This document shows, in pieces, positions 38,541-48,049 of a stretch of 64,000 nucleotides of DNA; position 1 is the stretch's first letter; each line of letters begins with the position of its first letter. The stretch is from Vulcanimicrobiota bacterium (GTDB lineage: Bacteria > Vulcanimicrobiota > Vulcanimicrobiia > Vulcanimicrobiales > Vulcanimicrobiaceae), in NCBI GenBank assembly GCA_963695225.1, contig OY968762.1:864001-928000 (forward strand). Direction: 5' to 3'. The notes under the pieces were generated by a model. It saw nothing but the letters and a program-made list of their open reading frames with translations, searched no databases and was not told where the DNA came from. Both the position numbers and the translations under genes were made by a program.

Positions 38541-38618
38541 TGGCGACGCTGAAGGGGCTCGAACCCTCGACCTCCGCCGTGACAGGGCGGCGCTCTAAAC
38601 CAACTGAGCTACAGCGCC
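38541..38618 (-). tRNA. tRNA-Asp(GTC)
   Basis: GGCGCTGTAGCTCAGTTGGTTTAGAGCGCCGCCCTGTCACGGCGGAGGTCGAGGGTTCGAGCCCCTTCAGCGTCGCCA. Confidence 0.97.
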
Positions 38619-38679
38619 ATGAGCGCTCGCGAAGGCTTGGGGTTAGACCCCCGGGCCGCGAGGGCCTTCCGGCGGAACG

Positions 38680-38754
38680 TGGTGGGCACGGTTGGGATTG
38701 AACCAACGACCCCCCGCGTGTGAAGCGGATGCTCTCCCACTGAGCTACGCGCCC
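38680..38754 (-). tRNA. tRNA-Val(CAC)
   Basis: GGGCGCGTAGCTCAGTGGGAGAGCATCCGCTTCACACGCGGGGGGTCGTTGGTTCAATCCCAACCGTGCCCACCA. Confidence 0.96.
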
Positions 38755-38868
38755 ACGTTCCGCACGCCCGGTGCGACGGCAAACCTTTGCCCAGCATCCC
38801 GCGCTTCCTGCACTGGCCCGCACGCGCCGTTGCCGGGTCTCGCAGGCGGGCGCTCGAAGGAAGCCCCC

Positions 38869-39297
38869 ATGTTGGAGGGCTTTCGGTACATCCACCGCCG
38901 CCGCGTCGAACTCTGCGATACCGACATGATCGGTCACGTCAACAACCTGGCCTACCTTCGCTGGTGCGAGACCGCCCGGTGCGAGTACTTTGCGGACGTG
39001 CTCGGCGGCTCGATCGATAGCCACCAAGGGCTGATCCAGGCGCGGATCGTCTTCGATTACGAGCGGCAGGTGGAATACCGCGACTACGTCAGCATCGGTT
39101 GCCGCATCGGGCGCATCGGGACGAAATCGTTCGACTTCGATTACGTCCTCTACAACGAGACGCGCGGGGAGGAATGCGGGCGCGGCACGGCCGTCGTCGT
39201 CGCCTACGATTACGACGCGCAATCGACGATCGTCGTCCCGGACGCCTGGCGGCAAGCCGTCGCCGCGTTCGAAACGGAGTCGGTCCCCGCCCCCTGA
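38869..39297 (+). CDS. acyl-CoA thioesterase (4HBT/YbgC hot-dog family)
   Basis: DTDMIGHVNNLAYLRWCETAR, RIGTKSF, VPDAWR. Confidence 0.92.
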   Translation: MLEGFRYIHRRRVELCDTDMIGHVNNLAYLRWCETARCEYFADVLGGSIDSHQGLIQARIVFDYERQVEYRDYVSIGCRIGRIGTKSFDFDYVLYNETRGEECGRGTAVVVAYDYDAQSTIVVPDAWRQAVAAFETESVPAP

Positions 39298-39301
39298 GCG
39301 G

Positions 39302-42025
39302 CTAGCGAACCACCAGGCGCAGCGGCGCGCGCGAGCGAGCGCGCAGCCAGTCCGTTGCCTCCGGATCCGGAAGGCCGCGCCCGAACAAGAAGCCTTGCCC
39401 CAGCGCGCATCCGAGCGCGCGCAGCCGGTGCCATTGATCGGCGTGCTCGATGCCCTCGGCGACGAGTTGCAGCCCGAGCGCTTCGGCCAGCGTGATCAGC
39501 ATCGTCACGATCGGCTCGTTGCTGAGCGAACCGTCGTCGGAGGAGACGAACGAACGGTCGATCTTCAGCATGTCGAACGGGAATTGGTGCACGTAGCGAA
39601 GCGACGAGTATCCGATCCCGAAATCGTCGAGGCACAGGCCGAACCCGAGCGCTTTGAGCGCGTGCAACCGCGAGGCGATCACCGCATCGCCGTCGAGCAG
39701 CACGTTTTCCGTTACTTCGAACATGATGCGCTGCGGCGCGATGCCGCTTTGTTGGATTGCAGCGGCGACGTCCTCGAGGAGCCCGGGGTCGAGGACTTGC
39801 CGGCCGGAGAGATTCACGTTCAGCGTCAGTTCGGCGGCGCCGGAGATGGTGCGGCTCCACTGCGCGAGGCGCCGGCATGCTTGGCGCAACACCGTCGATC
39901 CAAAGGCGACGATCGCATCCGACTCCTCGGCGATCGGGATGAATTCGCTCGGCGTGATCTCGCCCAGTTCGGGATGCTGCCACGTCGCCAGGACTTCGTA
40001 CGCGGCCGGGCGCTCGTCGTCGAGCCGCACGATCGGCTGGTAACGCAAGACGAGCTGATCCTCCGGAATCCCTTCGCGCAGATCGTTTGCGAGCCGCGTC
40101 TTGCGCTCGAACGAAGCGCGCACCTGGTCGTCGAAGAGCACGCCGCGACCCCGGCCCCCGGCCTTCGCGCGATAGAGCGCGGCGTCTGCTTCCCGCAGCA
40201 GTTCGGCTGCGTCTTTGGCCGATTGCGCCGTATCCTGCGGGCGGGCGATCGCGATTCCGATGCTGACGCCGCCTTGGACGCGTTTCCCATCGATCGTCAG
40301 CGGCAAGCGCATCAGGTGCTGGATGCGCTCGCTGATCATCGAGACTTGGTACTCCTCGACGTCGGGCAGCAAGACGGCAAACTCGTCGCCGTGAAAGCGC
40401 GCGACGAGATCGCGCGGGCGAACGGCTCCGGCCAGCCGCTGCCCGATCGCAATCAGGAAGCGATCGCCGGCCGCGTGCCCGAGCGTATCGTTGACGAGCT
40501 TGAATCGGTCGATATCGATCAACATGACGGCCGTCGAGCGCATCGGCTCGCGCCGCCCCACGAGCGCGGCATTCACGCGATCGACGAACAGGGCGCGGCC
40601 GGGAAGGGCCGTGAGCGCATCGTGCGTCGCCTGATGCCGGAGCCGGTCCGCGAGCCGGCGCTTCTCCGTGACGTCGGCGACCATCGCGATCGCGGCGATC
40701 GAAGCATCCTCGACGACGACGGGCGAGATGCTGACCGCAATCCAACCTTGATCGCCGTCGCAGCGCTGCAACGGCCGCTCGTCTTGGAAAATCTCGTGCT
40801 CTCCGCGCACGATGTTGGCGATCTCGTCGGAAGACGTGAGCGCGTGATCCCCGACGATCTCGGCGAAACGCGGATTCCGCTCGACGATCTCGCCCTTCGC
40901 ATCGAGCGTCGCGATCCCGAGCGGCGAGCGCTGGAAGATCGCGCGGAATTGCGCGTCGGTCAGCACGTTCGCGCGCTCCGCGCGTCGCAGCGCGAGCTCG
41001 TTCTCGAGTGCGCGGGCTCGCTCCCGTTCGCTGGCAGCGTGGCGGCGCGCGCGGTAGATCAAGAGCCGCGCTAAAAACAGCAGGATGCCGACGGTTCCGA
41101 TCAACCCGATCGCGGAATACATGATCACGCTCGTGCGTTGCACGTCGAGCGCGGACGAACGCTCGTCGAGGATCCGCTGGAGCAGGCTGAACCGGGCAAT
41201 GAATGCCCTCGCAGCGGCGCGATTCGCCGCGTCGGCCGCTGCGGCCAGCGCCGCAGGCGACGCCTGCAGCGAGGAACGCCCCCGCGCGAAGTCGTCGAGT
41301 CCGGCGACGAGTTGCCCTACCGCACCGTCGAAGCCGGAATCGGCTACTCGCAGTTCCCCCTCCAGGGGGCGGTTCGCCGCCACCGCATTTCGGCGGTCGT
41401 CGGCCGCGATCTGAAAATTCGCGACGGCCTGCGCCAGCAGGCCCGCGACGGCGTTTCGCTCGCTTTGACCCGGCGTGCCGGAGGCGACCGCCTCGACCGC
41501 ACGGCTCTCCGCTGCGTTGATCTGCGCGAGCGCGAGCGGCAGGCGCGTTGCCGTTTCATCGACGAGGCTCGCGACGTCCGCGCCGGAATCGTACGCAAGC
41601 GCGGAATGCTCCGCGGCGAGGCCGGTGAATTCCGCCGCCGCCAGCGACGTGCGCTCGAGGCTCGCTCCGTCGTGCGCGCCGAGCCATGCCGTCCGCAAGG
41701 TCTGCGCCGTAGCTCGCAACGCCGCGCCTTCCTTCCCCGAATCGGCCGCTTTCAGGTCGAGATCGTCGAGCGCAGCGGCGGCTCGAGCCTGCGCCGCCGC
41801 GCCCGCCCCGCGCCGGGCGTCGCGCAGCGCCCCGAGCAATTCCGTCCCCGCCTGCACGCGCGCGAGCCCGGCAACCTCCCGCGTGACGAGCGCATCCTGC
41901 GAGTCGAGCGAATCGAGCTGAAAATGCGCGAGCGTCAGTACGGGAATCGAGAAGACGAGCGTGCTAACGACGAGCCAGCCCGAGACGGTGCCAATCTTGT
42001 CCTCGGATCGATCGGGGCGAAACAG
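39302..42025 (-). CDS. membrane-anchored PAS-GGDEF-EAL c-di-GMP enzyme
   Basis: HDALTALP, DIDRFK.VND.LGH..GD, degenerate HGDEF, YQPIV..EVL, DDFGIGYSSL, KIDRSF, AEGIE, QGFLF; frame is open upstream of the 41857 GTG to a CTG at 42025 that adds TM1. Confidence 0.9.
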   Translation of the reverse strand: MFRPDRSEDKIGTVSGWLVVSTLVFSIPVLTLAHFQLDSLDSQDALVTREVAGLARVQAGTELLGALRDARRGAGAAAQARAAAALDDLDLKAADSGKEGAALRATAQTLRTAWLGAHDGASLERTSLAAAEFTGLAAEHSALAYDSGADVASLVDETATRLPLALAQINAAESRAVEAVASGTPGQSERNAVAGLLAQAVANFQIAADDRRNAVAANRPLEGELRVADSGFDGAVGQLVAGLDDFARGRSSLQASPAALAAAADAANRAAARAFIARFSLLQRILDERSSALDVQRTSVIMYSAIGLIGTVGILLFLARLLIYRARRHAASERERARALENELALRRAERANVLTDAQFRAIFQRSPLGIATLDAKGEIVERNPRFAEIVGDHALTSSDEIANIVRGEHEIFQDERPLQRCDGDQGWIAVSISPVVVEDASIAAIAMVADVTEKRRLADRLRHQATHDALTALPGRALFVDRVNAALVGRREPMRSTAVMLIDIDRFKLVNDTLGHAAGDRFLIAIGQRLAGAVRPRDLVARFHGDEFAVLLPDVEEYQVSMISERIQHLMRLPLTIDGKRVQGGVSIGIAIARPQDTAQSAKDAAELLREADAALYRAKAGGRGRGVLFDDQVRASFERKTRLANDLREGIPEDQLVLRYQPIVRLDDERPAAYEVLATWQHPELGEITPSEFIPIAEESDAIVAFGSTVLRQACRRLAQWSRTISGAAELTLNVNLSGRQVLDPGLLEDVAAAIQQSGIAPQRIMFEVTENVLLDGDAVIASRLHALKALGFGLCLDDFGIGYSSLRYVHQFPFDMLKIDRSFVSSDDGSLSNEPIVTMLITLAEALGLQLVAEGIEHADQWHRLRALGCALGQGFLFGRGLPDPEATDWLRARSRAPLRLVVR

Positions 42026-42223
42026 CGTAGCAGACCTCGCTTCTTTAGCGGCGCGGCGACGGTATATCGATCATCGTCGCGTGACACAGCGCACTTAAGC
42101 GGTGGGGCGAGGCTAGGTGTAAATCTTTACGATTCTTTGCCGATAATGCGTCGTTCTTCGTACCTAACGCCTCCGACGGAGGAGGGCGACCGTCGCGGGA
42201 GAATCGCAAACTCCGGCCCGAAC

Positions 42224-42298
42224 GGGCGCGTAGCTCAGGGGGAGAGCGCCACATTGACACTGTGGAGGTCAGTGGTTCGATACCACTCGTGCCCACCA
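42224..42298 (+). tRNA. tRNA-Val(GAC)
   Basis: GGGCGCGTAGCTCAGGGGGAGAGCGCCACATTGACACTGTGGAGGTCAGTGGTTCGATACCACTCGTGCCCACCA. Confidence 0.96.
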
Positions 42299-42303
42299 TG
42301 ACG

Positions 42304-42337
42304 AAGAAAGCCCCGCCGCCCGGCGGGGTTTTCTCTT
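42304..42337 (+). terminator. intrinsic terminator after tRNA-Val
   Basis: AAGAAAGCCCCGCCGCCCGGCGGGGTTTTCTCTT hairpin plus T-rich tail. Confidence 0.75.
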
Positions 42338-42382
42338 GGCTGCCGGGCAGGCACCCGCGCGCAGTCTGCGAACGTACGTTCG

Positions 42383-43291
42383 ATGGACGCAGGACGCCGG
42401 CGCGGGAAGGTCGTCTGCATCGAGATCGAGGCGAAATCGATCTTGAACCGGGTCGCGGGGATGCCGTTTTCCTGGTCGATCAACCCGTACCGCGGGTGTT
42501 ATCACGAGTGCGCGTTCTGCTACGCGCGGCGGACGCACGGCTTCTTCGAACTCGACGGCGTCGCCGAGTGGGGTTCGCGGCTCTACGCGAAGGTCAACGC
42601 GCCGGCGGTGCTGCGCGCCGAACTCGCGCGCCCCTCGTGGCGCGGCGAAGAGGTCGCGATCGGGACGGCGACCGATCCCTATCAGCCGCTCGAGGGGAAG
42701 TACCGGCTCACGCGCGGCATCCTCGCGGAGTTCGTCCGCTCCCCCTCCCCGGTCCACATCACGACGCGTTCCCCGCTCGCGATCCGCGATATCGACGTGA
42801 TGCAAGAGCTCGGCGCCCGCGCCGAATTCTCGATCTCCTTCAGCCTCCCGACGCTCGATGCCGCGCTCGCGCGGAAGATCGAACCGGGAGTCGCCCCGCC
42901 GCTCCAGCGCCTCGCCGCGCTCGAACGGCTCGCGAATGCGGGGATCCGCGTGGGCATCGCCGTCGCGCCGATCCTGCCGGGCCTCACCGACGATCCGGCC
43001 GCACTCCGCGCGCTGCTCTCCGCGGCGCGCGATGCCGGTGCGAGCTTTGTGTGGCATAGCCTGCTCAACCTCGGCGACGTGGCACGCGACTCGTTCTTCG
43101 CGCTCCTGGATGCCGAGTATCCGCAGCTCTCCGAGAGCTATCGCTCCTGGTACCGAACGAAGTACGCGCCGCGCGCGCTGGGGGAGCGCATCGAGCGGGC
43201 GTACGGCGCCGCGGCGCGCGGCATCCGCTTCCGCTCGACGGCGGCGAACGCCCCGCCGCCGCGCGAGCAGCTCGAGCTCTTCGCGCGATAG
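42383..43291 (+). CDS. radical SAM protein, SPL-like (Rv2578c/PA0069 family)
   Basis: WSINPYRGCYHECAFCYAR (CxxxCxxC), GTATDPYQPLE, APILPGLTD. Confidence 0.92.
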   Translation: MDAGRRRGKVVCIEIEAKSILNRVAGMPFSWSINPYRGCYHECAFCYARRTHGFFELDGVAEWGSRLYAKVNAPAVLRAELARPSWRGEEVAIGTATDPYQPLEGKYRLTRGILAEFVRSPSPVHITTRSPLAIRDIDVMQELGARAEFSISFSLPTLDAALARKIEPGVAPPLQRLAALERLANAGIRVGIAVAPILPGLTDDPAALRALLSAARDAGASFVWHSLLNLGDVARDSFFALLDAEYPQLSESYRSWYRTKYAPRALGERIERAYGAAARGIRFRSTAANAPPPREQLELFAR

Positions 43292-43297
43292 CTCCGG

Positions 43298-44104
43298 CTA
43301 CGCGACCGGTTCGCGCAGCGTCCGGCTGCGGTTCGCCGCCGCGACGACGGCGCCGATCAGCGTGCTGCGCAGGCGACCTTCCTCGAGCGCCATCAGGCCG
43401 TCGATCGTGCAGCCGGCGGGCGTCGTAACCTCGTCCTTGAGCGCGGCCGGATGGATGCCTCGCTCGAGCACCATCTTCGCCGAACCCAGCAACGTCTGCG
43501 CCGCGAGGAGCGTCGCCGTCTTGCGCGGGATGCCGAGTTTGACGCCCGCCTCGCTCAACGCCTCGATGATCAAATAGACGTACGCCGGGCCGCAGCCCGA
43601 GAGCCCCGTCACGCCGTCCATCAGCGATTCGTCGACGACGGCCGTCCGTCCGAGCGTCTCGAACAGCTTGCGCACCGTTTCGAGCCGCTCGTCGGGGAGG
43701 CTGGCGCAGGCCGCGAGGACGGTCATCCCTTCGCCGACGAGGCACGGCGTGTTCGGCATCGCGCGCACGATCGCCGCATGCCCGCCCGACCAGGCCGCGA
43801 GATCGTCGAGCGAGATCGCCGCGCAGATCGAAACGAGAACGTGCCGCTCTTCAAGCGCCGGCGCGAGCTTTTCGACGATGGCGCGCGCCTGGTACGGCTT
43901 CGCGCAAAGCAAGAGCACGTCGCTCTCCGCGGCCAGTGCGAGGTTGTCGATTTCGACCGGTATCCCGAGCTCGGCCGAGGCGCGCTCGGCGCTCGCTCGG
44001 GAGCGCGTCGAACCCGCGACGGCGGCGAGGCGGTGATCCAGGATCCCGCGAGCGAGGACTTTGCCCATCGTGCCGAGCCCGATGACGCCGACTCTTTGTG
44101 TCAT
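43298..44104 (-). CDS. proC: pyrroline-5-carboxylate reductase
   Basis: VIGLGTMG, CAKP, RAMPNTP, GLSGCGPAY, LKDEVTTPAGCTI. Confidence 0.96.
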   Translation of the reverse strand: MTQRVGVIGLGTMGKVLARGILDHRLAAVAGSTRSRASAERASAELGIPVEIDNLALAAESDVLLLCAKPYQARAIVEKLAPALEERHVLVSICAAISLDDLAAWSGGHAAIVRAMPNTPCLVGEGMTVLAACASLPDERLETVRKLFETLGRTAVVDESLMDGVTGLSGCGPAYVYLIIEALSEAGVKLGIPRKTATLLAAQTLLGSAKMVLERGIHPAALKDEVTTPAGCTIDGLMALEEGRLRSTLIGAVVAAANRSRTLREPVA

Positions 44105-44194
44105 GATGCCGTGCGATACAACCACCCGCGTGCCGCGCCCTCCGCTCGCGCGCGCGGACAAGGCCGCATTCCGCCCGACGGCCAAACCGATAGC

Positions 44195-45934
44195 ATGGCC
44201 TCCGCTGCACCTTCGACCGAACGCCGTTCCCTCGACGAACTCCGCCACACGGCCGCCCACATTCTCGCGTACGCCGTACAGGATCTCTTCCCCGATGCGA
44301 AGCCCACGATCGGGCCCGCGATCGAGAACGGCTTCTACTACGATTTCGCGCGCGAAACGCCGTTCACGCCGGAGGATCTCGTGCGCCTCGAGGCGCGCAT
44401 GCGCGAGATCGTCGCGGCGGACTATCCCATGACGGGGGAGCGGGTCACGCGCGAGAACGCGCTCGAGCACTTCCGCGCGAACCCGTTCAAGGTCGAACTC
44501 GCGCGCGACATCCCCGAGGGCGAGCCGATCACGCTCTACACGATCGGCGATTTCACGGACCTGTGCCGCGGCGGCCACGCCGCGAGCACGGGCGGAGTCC
44601 CCGCGCTCAAGCTGATGAGCGTCGCCGGAGCGTACTGGCGCGGCGACGAGCACAACCCGATGCTCCAGCGCATCTACGGAACCGCCTTCCCGACGCAGGC
44701 CGAACTCGACGCATATCTAGCCCAGCTCGAAGAAGCCGCCAAACGCGACCACCGCAAGCTGGGCGCCGAGCTCGGGCTCTTCTCGATCGAGGAAGATGCG
44801 GGCGGCGGCCTGATCTTCTGGCATCCCAAGGGCGCGATCGTCCGCGGCATCGTCGAGAACTTCATCCGCGAGGGCCTCGCCGAGCGCGGGTACCAGGGCG
44901 TCGTCACGCCGCACATCGTCAGCGAGAAACTGTACGAAATCTCGGGGCACCTCGAGAACTTCTCGCACAGCCTCTTCGGGCCGATCGAAGTCGAAGGGCA
45001 GCGCTTCCGCCTCAAGCCGATGAACTGCCCGGGCCACATCTTGATCTACCGCAGCGAAGGGCGCTCGTATCGCGACCTCCCGCTGCGCCTCTCCGAATTC
45101 GGGACCGTCTACCGCTTCGAGCGCAGCGGGACGCTGCACGGCCTCACGCGCGTGCGCGGTTTCACGCAGGACGACGCGCACATCTTCTGCACGCCCGAAC
45201 AACTCCAAGCCGAATTCGAACAAACGGCCGACGAAGCGATCCGCTTGCTCGGCGCTTTCGGCTTTTCGGATTTCGAGTACTATCTCTCGACGCGCGAACC
45301 GCACCTGCGCGAAGCGACCGACCAGATCGCCGAGGATGCGATCCGCAGCGCGCTCGAATCGCGCCGCATCACCTACCAAATCGACGCAGGCGGCGGCGCG
45401 TTCTACGGGCCGAAGCTCGACATCAACGTGAAGGATGCGATCGGCCGCAAGTGGCAGCTCGGGACGGTCCAGGTCGATTTCCAGCTGCCCCGGCGCTTCG
45501 ATCTGAAGTACCGCGGCGCCGACGGCCTCGATCATCCGCCGGTGATGATTCACCGCGCGCTCGCCGGGTCGATGGAGCGCTTCTTCGGCATCCTGATCGA
45601 GCACTTCGGCGGGAATTTCCCCGTTTGGATCGCGCCCGTGCAAGCCGTCGTCGCGCCGATTTCGGAGCACCAGCGCGACTACGCGTACGAGGTTCGCGAT
45701 AAGCTGCGCGCGCAGGGCTTCAGGGTCGACGTCGACGCCTCGAACGAGAAGATCGGCTACAAGATCCGGCATTGGAAGATGCAAAAAGTTCCGTACATCC
45801 TCGTCGTAGGACGCCAGGAGCTCGCGGACGGGACCATCAATCCGAACGAACGCGGGAACGACGCGAAGCGGCCGGCGATCTCCGTCGACGCGTTCGCCGA
45901 AGAGCTGCGCGACCGCATCGCTCGTAGGAGTTAA
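44195..45934 (+). CDS. thrS: threonine--tRNA ligase (lacks N-terminal TGS domain)
   Basis: LRHTAAH, GFYYDF, DLCRGGH, GAYWRGD, KRDHRKLG, KPMNCPGH, RVRGFTQDDAH, AFYGPKLD. Confidence 0.98.
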   Translation: MASAAPSTERRSLDELRHTAAHILAYAVQDLFPDAKPTIGPAIENGFYYDFARETPFTPEDLVRLEARMREIVAADYPMTGERVTRENALEHFRANPFKVELARDIPEGEPITLYTIGDFTDLCRGGHAASTGGVPALKLMSVAGAYWRGDEHNPMLQRIYGTAFPTQAELDAYLAQLEEAAKRDHRKLGAELGLFSIEEDAGGGLIFWHPKGAIVRGIVENFIREGLAERGYQGVVTPHIVSEKLYEISGHLENFSHSLFGPIEVEGQRFRLKPMNCPGHILIYRSEGRSYRDLPLRLSEFGTVYRFERSGTLHGLTRVRGFTQDDAHIFCTPEQLQAEFEQTADEAIRLLGAFGFSDFEYYLSTREPHLREATDQIAEDAIRSALESRRITYQIDAGGGAFYGPKLDINVKDAIGRKWQLGTVQVDFQLPRRFDLKYRGADGLDHPPVMIHRALAGSMERFFGILIEHFGGNFPVWIAPVQAVVAPISEHQRDYAYEVRDKLRAQGFRVDVDASNEKIGYKIRHWKMQKVPYILVVGRQELADGTINPNERGNDAKRPAISVDAFAEELRDRIARRS

Positions 45935-45940
45935 GCCGAC

Positions 45941-46957
45941 ATGCACGCACTTCGGTCAACGGCGCTCGCGCTGGTCTTTTCGTGCGCCTGCGCCGCCCCC
46001 GCACTCGCTTGGGGGGCCAGCGGCCACCGCTTCATCAGCGGCGCCGCCGCCGCCGCTTTGCCCGCCTCCGTTCCCGCCTTCGTACGCGCGCCCGAGGCGC
46101 GCAGCGAGATCGAACGGCTCGGCCCGGAGCCGGACCGCATCCGGAATGCCGGAAAGGAGATCGATGCGGATCTCGATCCCGGCCACTTCCTCGACCTCGG
46201 CGACGATCTGACGGTCGGCGGTGCGTTCGCGCTCGACGCGCTTCCCGCAACGCGCGCCCTCTACGATGCCGCGCTACGCGACGCGCACACCTCGTCGGGC
46301 ACGCAGGGCTATCTCCCGTACAACATCATCGAGGGCTGGCAACTCGTCCGAAAGGACTTCGCGATCTGGCGCATCGACGCCGCCGGCGAGCGCGCGGCGA
46401 GCGACCCGGCATCGCGTGCGTTCTTCACCTCCGACCGGCTCCTCCGCGAGGCGCTGACGCTGCGCGACATCGGCTATTGGAGCCATTTCGTCGCGGATGC
46501 GAGCCAGCCGATGCACGCCTCGGTTCACTACAACGGCTGGGGGAACTATCCGAACCCGAAGGGCTACACGAACGCGAAGACGACGCACTGGAACTTCGAA
46601 GGCCCGTTCGTTCACGGGCATGCGAGCCTGGACGCCGTGCTCGCGCGCGTGGGACCGTATCGCCCCTGCGGCTGCTCGATCGAAGCGCAAACGATCGCGT
46701 ACCTGAAGGCGACGAACGCGCAGGTCGTACCGTTCTACGAACTCGAGCTGCACGGCGCGTTCGCGAACTCTACGCCGCAGGCCGTCGATTTCACGCTCGC
46801 GCGCCTCGCCGACGGCGCGACGATGCTGCGCGACATGATCGCCGAAGCTTGGGAGGATAGCGCGAACTGGAACGTCGGCTACCCGCCCGTCAACGTGGAA
46901 GATCTCGAGAGCGGCAGGGTTCCCGTCACGCGAGCGCTGCTCGACGGATCGGAATAG
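45941..46957 (+). CDS. secreted S1/P1 nuclease family protein
   Basis: Signal peptide then WGASGH, PD..R, HFLD, HFVADASQPMH, HWNFE Zn-ligand motifs. Confidence 0.85.
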   Translation: MHALRSTALALVFSCACAAPALAWGASGHRFISGAAAAALPASVPAFVRAPEARSEIERLGPEPDRIRNAGKEIDADLDPGHFLDLGDDLTVGGAFALDALPATRALYDAALRDAHTSSGTQGYLPYNIIEGWQLVRKDFAIWRIDAAGERAASDPASRAFFTSDRLLREALTLRDIGYWSHFVADASQPMHASVHYNGWGNYPNPKGYTNAKTTHWNFEGPFVHGHASLDAVLARVGPYRPCGCSIEAQTIAYLKATNAQVVPFYELELHGAFANSTPQAVDFTLARLADGATMLRDMIAEAWEDSANWNVGYPPVNVEDLESGRVPVTRALLDGSE

Positions 46958-46970
46958 GCCTCCGGCCGCG

Positions 46971-47972
46971 ATGCTGCTGCTCGGCATCGAAACCTCGTGC
47001 GACGACACCGCGACCGCGGTCGTGCGCGACGGGCGCATCGCGCTTTCTAGCGTTTCCACGAACCAGGATGCGTTTCACGCGAAATACGGCGGCATCGTCC
47101 CGGAGATCGCGAGCCGGCAGCACGTCGCGCTCCTGAGCGCCGCGATCGAAGACGCGCTCGCGCGCGCCGGTACGCCGCTCGAACGCATCGACGGGATCGC
47201 GGTGACGGCCGGTCCCGGCTTGATCGGCAGCCTCGTGGCGGGCGTCGCGACCGCGAAAGCGCTCGCGTTCGCCACCGGGAAACCGCTCTACGCGATCAAC
47301 CATCTGCACGGGCATATCTTCGCCGCGTTTCTCGAACAAGAGCACGAGCCCGAGTATCCGTTCCTGACGTTGCTCGTCTCCGGCGGACATTCGCAACTCG
47401 TGCACGTCGCGGGGCCTACGGAGATGCGCGTCCTCGCGCGCACCCGGGACGACGCGGCCGGCGAGGCGTTCGACAAGACGGCGCGCCTGCTCGGGCTTCC
47501 GTTCCCCGGCGGCCCCGCGATCGACCGGCTCGCGACGGAGGGCGACCCCGCGGCGTACGATTTCCCGCGCCATCGCGATCGAACGACCCTCGATCTCTCG
47601 TTCTCCGGCCTCAAGACGTCGGTTCGCTACTTCCTCGCTTCGCCCGAAGGCGCGGCGGCGAAGCCGGCCGACGTCGCAGCTTCGTTTCAAGCGGCGGTCG
47701 TCGACGTGTTGATCGACCGCCTCGCGCGCGTCTGCGCGAACTCGCAGTATCGCACCGCCGTCCTCTCCGGCGGCGTCGCCGCGAATACGGCGCTCGCGGC
47801 CGCGTTCCGGCGCTGGGGCGAACGCGCGCGCATCCGCACGATCGTCCCGCACCTGCGCTTTTGCACGGACAACGCCGCGATGATCGCGGCCGCCGCCGAC
47901 CGGCAGGGCGACGCGCGCCGCGTCGATCCGCTAGCGCTCGTAGCCGATCCTAATCTCCCGTTCTCCACATAA
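46971..47972 (+). CDS. tsaD: tRNA N6-adenosine threonylcarbamoyltransferase TsaD
   Basis: LGIETSCDDT, GGIVPEIASRQH, HLHGH, VSGGHS, DDAAGEAFDK, SFSGLKT, CTDNAAMI. Confidence 0.98.
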   Translation: MLLLGIETSCDDTATAVVRDGRIALSSVSTNQDAFHAKYGGIVPEIASRQHVALLSAAIEDALARAGTPLERIDGIAVTAGPGLIGSLVAGVATAKALAFATGKPLYAINHLHGHIFAAFLEQEHEPEYPFLTLLVSGGHSQLVHVAGPTEMRVLARTRDDAAGEAFDKTARLLGLPFPGGPAIDRLATEGDPAAYDFPRHRDRTTLDLSFSGLKTSVRYFLASPEGAAAKPADVAASFQAAVVDVLIDRLARVCANSQYRTAVLSGGVAANTALAAAFRRWGERARIRTIVPHLRFCTDNAAMIAAAADRQGDARRVDPLALVADPNLPFST

Positions 47973-48049
47973 TCGCCCGTCGTGCTGTGGATCGTGTGGA
48001 GTACTTCGCGCGATTATTAGGCTGACATGAGCAATGCGTTATCGTTAGG

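Noticed and set aside
47960..48005. Three DnaA-box-like TCCACA/TGTGGA hexamers after tsaD
   Set aside because: Each deviates from TTATNCACA, the region is very short, and no dnaA/oriC context is present.
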